A stretch of 64,000 nucleotides of DNA from Pavona decussata. Taxonomy: Eukaryota. The notes under the pieces were generated by a model that had not been told where the DNA came from, did no database searches, and saw only the letters and a list, made by a program, of their open reading frames with translations. Position 1 is the first letter of the stretch. The number at the start of each line of letters is the position of its first letter. Below are positions 59,740-64,000 of the stretch, piece after piece. Position numbers and translations under genes: made by a program. The stretch spans positions 372,001-436,000 of the forward strand of contig CDRNST010000229.1 of the NCBI GenBank assembly GCA_977016875.1, written 5' to 3'.

Positions 59740-60785
59740 CAGAGATATTTAAGCTTCAAGTTAGGAAAAAATCCCCCAAAAAGCTTTATATTTTGGCGCT
59801 TTTTAGAGCTTTTATTGCTTAGTTATCTCTGAAAAATGCATGGTTACCCCCAATTTTCTCTTTGGATTCCAATAAGCCTTGCAAGATCTGCTTTTCTCGC
59901 ATAGTCATAAACCACACAAAAATACTTCGCTATTAGTAGGCACCGTCCTTAGGAACCAAGTTAGTAGGGATAAATTTGAAGAATAATTGAAATGTCAGCC
60001 ATTTTTCCATAGGGTCTATAATGCATTAAAATGTCCAATTTGAAATAGGTTTCAATGAAAACAACATTTCTGATAAGGAATAATTAATAAAATATACAAC
60101 ACCCAAATTGTGAGGGAGAGATGTCTGCTTTAAGGGAATTATGGCAATATCTCGCATACTTTTCAGCCATGAGTCACACTCAGCGTGACTCAGCATTCCC
60201 CTGAAAGTAAACACAATCTAGTGTCATGATATCAGAACACCAGTTGTTCGTCTTTTACATTCAATTTTGCCCTCAATTCTATTATACTGGTGTTGTCTGC
60301 AGCCTTGACGCTTTCGAAGATTTTTCTGAGTTTTAAGACAAATTATAATTATTAATTATTATCATACAAGCCCGCTGAGGTGGTGTTAATAAATAATAAC
60401 ATTTAGCAAGTGACAAAACATTTTTCTATTCGAAATTTTTGACCGAAACATATTAACATTTCTCTCAGACGAAACTTAAACTAATAAAATATAAATAAAC
60501 GAGCGAAATGATCACTTCTGTAGAATACCAAAGGATGTTTACGGGTGTAGCAAAACCTACCACGCTTCACAAAAGATAAAGACGTCCTTTGCATGTATAA
60601 TTGCGGTTAAATGGATGGCAAAATATAATACTCACCTCGTCTCCCCACTTTAAGCAATCGTTTTCCCTATCCTTAAGTTTGTTGTAGATGTGAAGAAATT
60701 GCAAAATGCCATGTTTACGAACGTGATCAGCGTGTTTCTTGGTTTCTGACCAAGATAACGGAGATCCAAGAGAAAGAAGACCCAT
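43131..60785 (-). CDS. GCLC: Glutamate-cysteine ligase catalytic subunit, 18 exons, 647 aa
   Basis: Exons (GT-AG, phases consistent, total 1944 nt): 60636-60785, 56591-56700, 54128-54177, 52499-52568, 52102-52170, 50703-50816, 49728-49786, 48677-48813, 47818-47892, 47468-47584, 47017-47155, 46327-46439, 45997-46089, 45748-45852, 45186-45267, 44224-44318, 44034-44154, 43131-43375. Motifs: [96 protein letters not shown]. Confidence 0.97.
44591..44722. other. Assembly gap (N run) in GCLC intron 15
   Basis: Run of N bases. Confidence 0.99.
48907..49323. mobile_element. hAT-like MITE with 5-bp TSD (hAT5-type)
   Basis: TIRs CAGGGCTCAAAATAAT / ATTATTTTGAGCCCTG; CTGTA duplicated on both flanks. Confidence 0.75.
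52766..53396 (+). mobile_element. Second Helentron-like non-autonomous element (single copy), in GCLC intron 3
   Basis: Imperfect terminal inverted repeats CATAACGCACCGTGC / GCACGGGTCGTAATG with adjacent hairpins (GGCCA-aaac-TGGCC; CGTGC-ccc-GCACG). The internal core TTTTGAA..GGTAAATCGAAAGAA.AACT.CTAAG is shared with the 7.5-9.9 kb array. Confidence 0.55.
55187..56466. mobile_element. About 1.3-kb TIR element inserted in (TA)n, in GCLC intron 2
   Basis: TIRs CCTGGATTTATGAAAACATAGC..CAGAAATT at both ends; TATA flanks. Confidence 0.75.
57005..58507 (+). mobile_element. 5'-truncated RTE-clade LINE with uninterrupted reverse transcriptase frame
   Basis: [96 protein letters not shown]. Tail TAAGCAAG. 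TSD CAGAACAGC at 56996-57004 and 58508-58516. Confidence 0.93.
58704..58961. mobile_element. Tc1/mariner-like MITE (TA TSD)
   Basis: TIRs CAGCTATTTCAA(T/C)TAACGTTGTCGG, TA on both flanks. Confidence 0.8.
59555..59948. mobile_element. Kolobok-like MITE (degenerate relative at about 37615-37978)
   Basis: TTAA|GGACGGTGCCTACTA ... TAGTAGGCACCGTCC|TTAG. Confidence 0.78.
60180..60195 (+). promoter_or_regulatory. Putative antioxidant response element (CNC/Nrf2-sMaf site with embedded AP-1) in GCLC intron 1
   Basis: TCAGCGTGACTCAGCA matches the extended ARE core TMAnnRTGAYnnnGCR exactly. A second AP-1 site, TGAGTCA, is at 60170-60176. Confidence 0.55.
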
Positions 60786-62156
60786 GGTTGTTGAACTACA
60801 AACTAATCGAGCAAAACAATGTTAGGCTTGGAGCAAAAACTGTATAAACTCAACGTTATAGCTTTGCCGGTTAAGTTGCAGGTGATACCGAAAACTTGAT
60901 GTCGGCGAAACGAAATGTATTGTGGAGTGCGTCAGATCGTTTGTTTGTTTTCAAGTAATGCTGTTATCCTCCGGGGTTGGGTCACGAAATTAACCTATCA
61001 CGCTTCAATGCTGGGGTGGAGTTCAATTCGAAGGTGTTTGTGCGAGATGAAATCATCAGAGGGTTAGCAAATAACGGTGCAGAAACACAAGATATCACAT
61101 GTACAGGAGGTGAACACATTAAGCTTATATTCACTACACAGGAATCGAACTAATATCAGCAACTGACGTAACTATATGCCATGAAAATCTTACCAAACGA
61201 TAAAGAACAAGTACAAAACAACTCCCAGACAATCCTTTTTCCCCACAGTCTTCACCACATAGTACCCAAAATAAAAGAAAGAATTGAAGGTAGATTTTCA
61301 GTAAACTGCACCAAGGTCCTTCACAATTAGTGACCCGGCCTTTTTGGTGCGTGACAGCCACTGTCACGCAGTCTCAACAGAGCGTTCTCGGCTATTTATT
61401 GTTCTGAAAATAATTGATTCTAATCCTAATTTAAATCCTAATCTGCAAAAGGGCATAGCCAATCACTGCAGATGTGCAAATGTGCAGGTGCGAGTTGCCC
61501 GAGTCGAGTCCTTGTCTTCGGGCACTGAGTAGGAGTACCTGATAAAAAAAAAACCGCTCTGCACATTAGACGGAACCTTAACTGGCTAGAACGTCTCTAA
61601 ATATGTAGCCTGCTGAGAATTTTTATTAAAACACTGGTTCGACCTGATTCTAGCTGGGTAAAAAAATGTCTCGTTTGTTTTTGCTGCCTGTCGGGCTCCG
61701 GCTCCCCTCGCTATCGCGCTTGCTTTTTCAAACGTATAACCAAGATGGCGGCAACTCCATCGAAGCGGAGTGATCGAAGTCTGACTAGTCCCGACAGGAA
61801 AAATACGGGGGGGGGGGGGGGGGGGGGCTGTGACCAGTCTACACTTAGACTACTTAGCCGGCCAGCGGAGGAGACGGCTGAAATTCAAGCTACGCACCAC
61901 TTGGATATAGTAAGTAATAAAGTAAGATCCTTTATTTAAACACGATGAGAATAAAAGCATTACATGCTTGAGGGATCGTGTGTGACTAACTATTACCTAA
62001 TTATCCTGCAAAAAGAAAGGCATAAAACACATCAAATGGATAAAAGTATGACAATGCAAAGTGTACTTTTGTCATTTTTACACACTAGTAAATCTAAATT
62101 CCCTAAATGTGGGATCAGATTGCAGTTGCACCTTTCTGTGAAATTGCTTAAAACTA

Positions 62157-62606
62157 CACTGTTTTTTTTTTTTATAAGAACGTCTAATTTTGGAGCTGAG
62201 GCTGAACGTTCTTATATTTTTTTGCGATTTGAGGCTGAAAACGTTCTTACGATGTTCTTAAATTACATGGTATAACGGCCACTACATGTATTTCAGTAAA
62301 TCAATCCGGACGTGACCAGAAAACCTATCAAAGTGCATTGCCTGCTGAGATATGGTATCAAGAACTACTGATTATGACAAACCGAGATGTGTGTCACCAT
62401 TGCTAATGTTCTGTAAAAACTGCATGTCCTTAAGTATTTTGGTTAATTTACATTCGTTACCTTGGTTTTATATACAGATTATCCAAATAAAAACGTTCTT
62501 AATCGACTCTCAGCCTGAGGAACGTTCTTAATACGTTCTTAAAATTTTGGTTATATAATCTCAGCCTCGACGTTCTTATAAAAAAGGTTCTTATAAAAAA
62601 ACAGTG
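62157..62606. mobile_element. Non-autonomous CACTG-terminated (EnSpm-like) element
   Basis: TA|CACTGTTTTT..TATAAGAAC ... GTTCTTATAAAAAAACAGTG|TA; subterminal GAGGCTGA and ACGTTCTTA repeats. Confidence 0.72.
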
Positions 62607-62645
62607 TATAAAAGTCTTTAAAATAATCACAGGCTATGTTCACAC

Positions 62646-62752
62646 TAGCCTCCCACGCAGACGTTCTTAGGGGTTCGTCACGCGTTCCTGCCCCACGGTT
62701 CGTGGGGCGGGAACGCGTGACGAACCCCTAAGAACGTCTGCGTGGGAGGCTA
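62646..62752. mobile_element. Palindromic hairpin element with 9-bp TSD
   Basis: TAGCCTCCCACGCAGACGTTCTTAGGGGTTCGTCACGCGTTCC..GGAACGCGTGACGAACCCCTAAGAACGTCTGCGTGGGAGGCTA; TGTTCACAC at 62637-62645 and 62753-62761. Confidence 0.85.
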
Positions 62753-62930
62753 TGTTCACACGGGACCGGTTCCAAATGGTCTAAAAATCGTGACGGATAA
62801 GCCTTTTTTTCACACGGGACCTGCTATTAACCCGTACCGTCAATCCGTTCTCGATCTGATCCAATAACTGGACCTCCAAAAACGCAGTTCCAGTTTTGGA
62901 ACCGCTTCGGTCCCAAATGCATCTTTCATC

Positions 62931-63002
62931 TAGTCTGATATGTCAGCCGTCTCCTCCCCCTAATCCGGGTTAGGGGGAGGAGACGGCTGACATTTCAGAC
63001 TA
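62931..63002. mobile_element. Palindromic hairpin element (family of 4892-4986)
   Basis: TAGTCTGA.ATGTCAGCCGTCTCCTCCCCCTAA..TTAGGGGGAGGAGACGGCTGACAT.TCAGACTA; degenerate 9-bp TSD TCTTTCATC / TCTGTCATT. Confidence 0.78.
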
Positions 63003-63060
63003 TCTGTCATTGTGTAAACACCTGGACCGGTTCCTTTTGGTACTAGCAGCGCAATTAAGC

Positions 63061-63552
63061 TCGGCTTATGGCTGGTGTACGACGACCTGACTGACATCAT
63101 TAAGAAGAAAGGGCAACGAAAGACTACTGATCCTGTGTTCCTACTGATCCTACGTTCCTACTGATCCTGTGCTCCTACTGATCCTACGTTCCTACTGATC
63201 CTGTGCTCCTACTGATCCTGTGTTCCTACTGATCCTGTGCTCCTACTGACCCTACGTTCCTACTGATCCTGTGCTCCTACTGATCCTGTGTTCCTACTGA
63301 TCCTGTGTTCCTACTGATCCTACGTTCCTACTGATCCTGTGTTCCTACTGATCCTGTGTTCCTACTGATCCTACGTTCCTACTGATCCTGTGTTCCTACT
63401 GATCCTACGTTCCTACTGATCCTACGTTCTTACTGATCCAGATCTGTGTTCCTACTGATCCTACGTTCCTATTGATCCTGGACCGCTCGTCTTTCGTTGC
63501 CCTTTCTTCTTAATGACGTCAATCAGGTCGTCGTACACTTGCCATGAGCCGA
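63061..63552. mobile_element. TIR element (about 64-bp TIRs) enclosing a 17-bp minisatellite
   Basis: TCGGCT.ATGGC..GTGTACGACGACCTGA.TGAC.TCATTAAGAAGAAAGGGCAACGAAAGAC is mirrored at about 63490-63552. Confidence 0.8.
63124..63480 (+). repeat. 17-bp minisatellite, about 20 copies of CTACTGATCCT(GTGTTC/ACGTTC/GTGCTC)
   Basis: Direct tandem copies with three recurring variants. Confidence 0.93.
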
Positions 63553-64000
63553 TCGACTGTGAACACTGCACGTGGAGTGTGGTCTTCTTTCGTGATTTTA
63601 AAACTGAGTTGCTTGCTTCGGCGCTGTTTACTTTTCGTGGCTTGAGTTTTGCCAGTTCTGTAGTCTACCAAGGTTTTTATTATCGGTTATGGCGACTTCA
63701 GTAAGGATAAACAACGATCGATACAGGGTAACAGGAAAAAAATTAAAAGCTGGAAGAAAAGCTTGGTTCGCAGCGCCTTCCCGCCATGGTAAACGTTATA
63801 CAGAAATTAACGTTAAATTTGCAATTCAAATGAGGCATAAGGTCACCTGACCAGGAGGAGGGGTGGGGGCACTAGTACACTTTGGTGCATGTGCATGGGG
63901 GCTGGCGAGCGGGGGGTGGGGGTAGGAAGCTGCGTGTCTATCTACGAACTTGGGAGCGGAGGTTTTTTTATTTCCCAGCTTTATTTTGGTGAAAAGTCAA

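Noticed and set aside
2711-60785. Functional redox/lipid gene cluster (desaturase, GST-fold FAXC, GCLC)
   Set aside because: The genes are separated by unrelated loci and no shared regulatory signature was seen; proximity alone is not evidence.
63124-63480. CRISPR-like array
   Set aside because: Eukaryotic context, no unique spacers (only three recurring 6-bp variants) and no cas genes; it is a minisatellite.

Overview
Eukaryotic (animal) genomic DNA with GT-AG introns and dense repeats. The repeat landscape and gene set suggest a cnidarian, probably a scleractinian coral (inference). No rRNA, intact tRNA or CRISPR array was found. Host genes, left to right: (1) an intronless cytochrome-b5-fused front-end fatty-acid desaturase whose His boxes are of fungal/protist rather than vertebrate-FADS type; (2) a 2-exon failed-axon-connections (FAXC-like) gene whose intron holds a tandem Helentron-type array; (3) an intronless tropomyosin-like ORF; (4) a 15-exon TRMT11 on the minus strand with a 1-nt frameshift in exon 6; (5) a 3-exon NodZ/GT23-like fucosyltransferase on the minus strand with one frameshift; (6) a 2-coding-exon orphan gene encoding a 116-aa secreted prepropeptide, which the ORF track misses; (7) an 18-exon GCLC on the minus strand with a consensus antioxidant response element in intron 1. 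Mobile DNA includes a 5'-inverted (twin-primed) L1/Tx1 LINE carrying two nested DNA elements, a young RTE inserted into an L2/CR1 fragment, a deleted EnSpm/CACTA element and many MITEs. The best candidate for an undescribed system is the secreted peptide gene at 38240-39432. All coordinates were read by eye, and no database search was possible.
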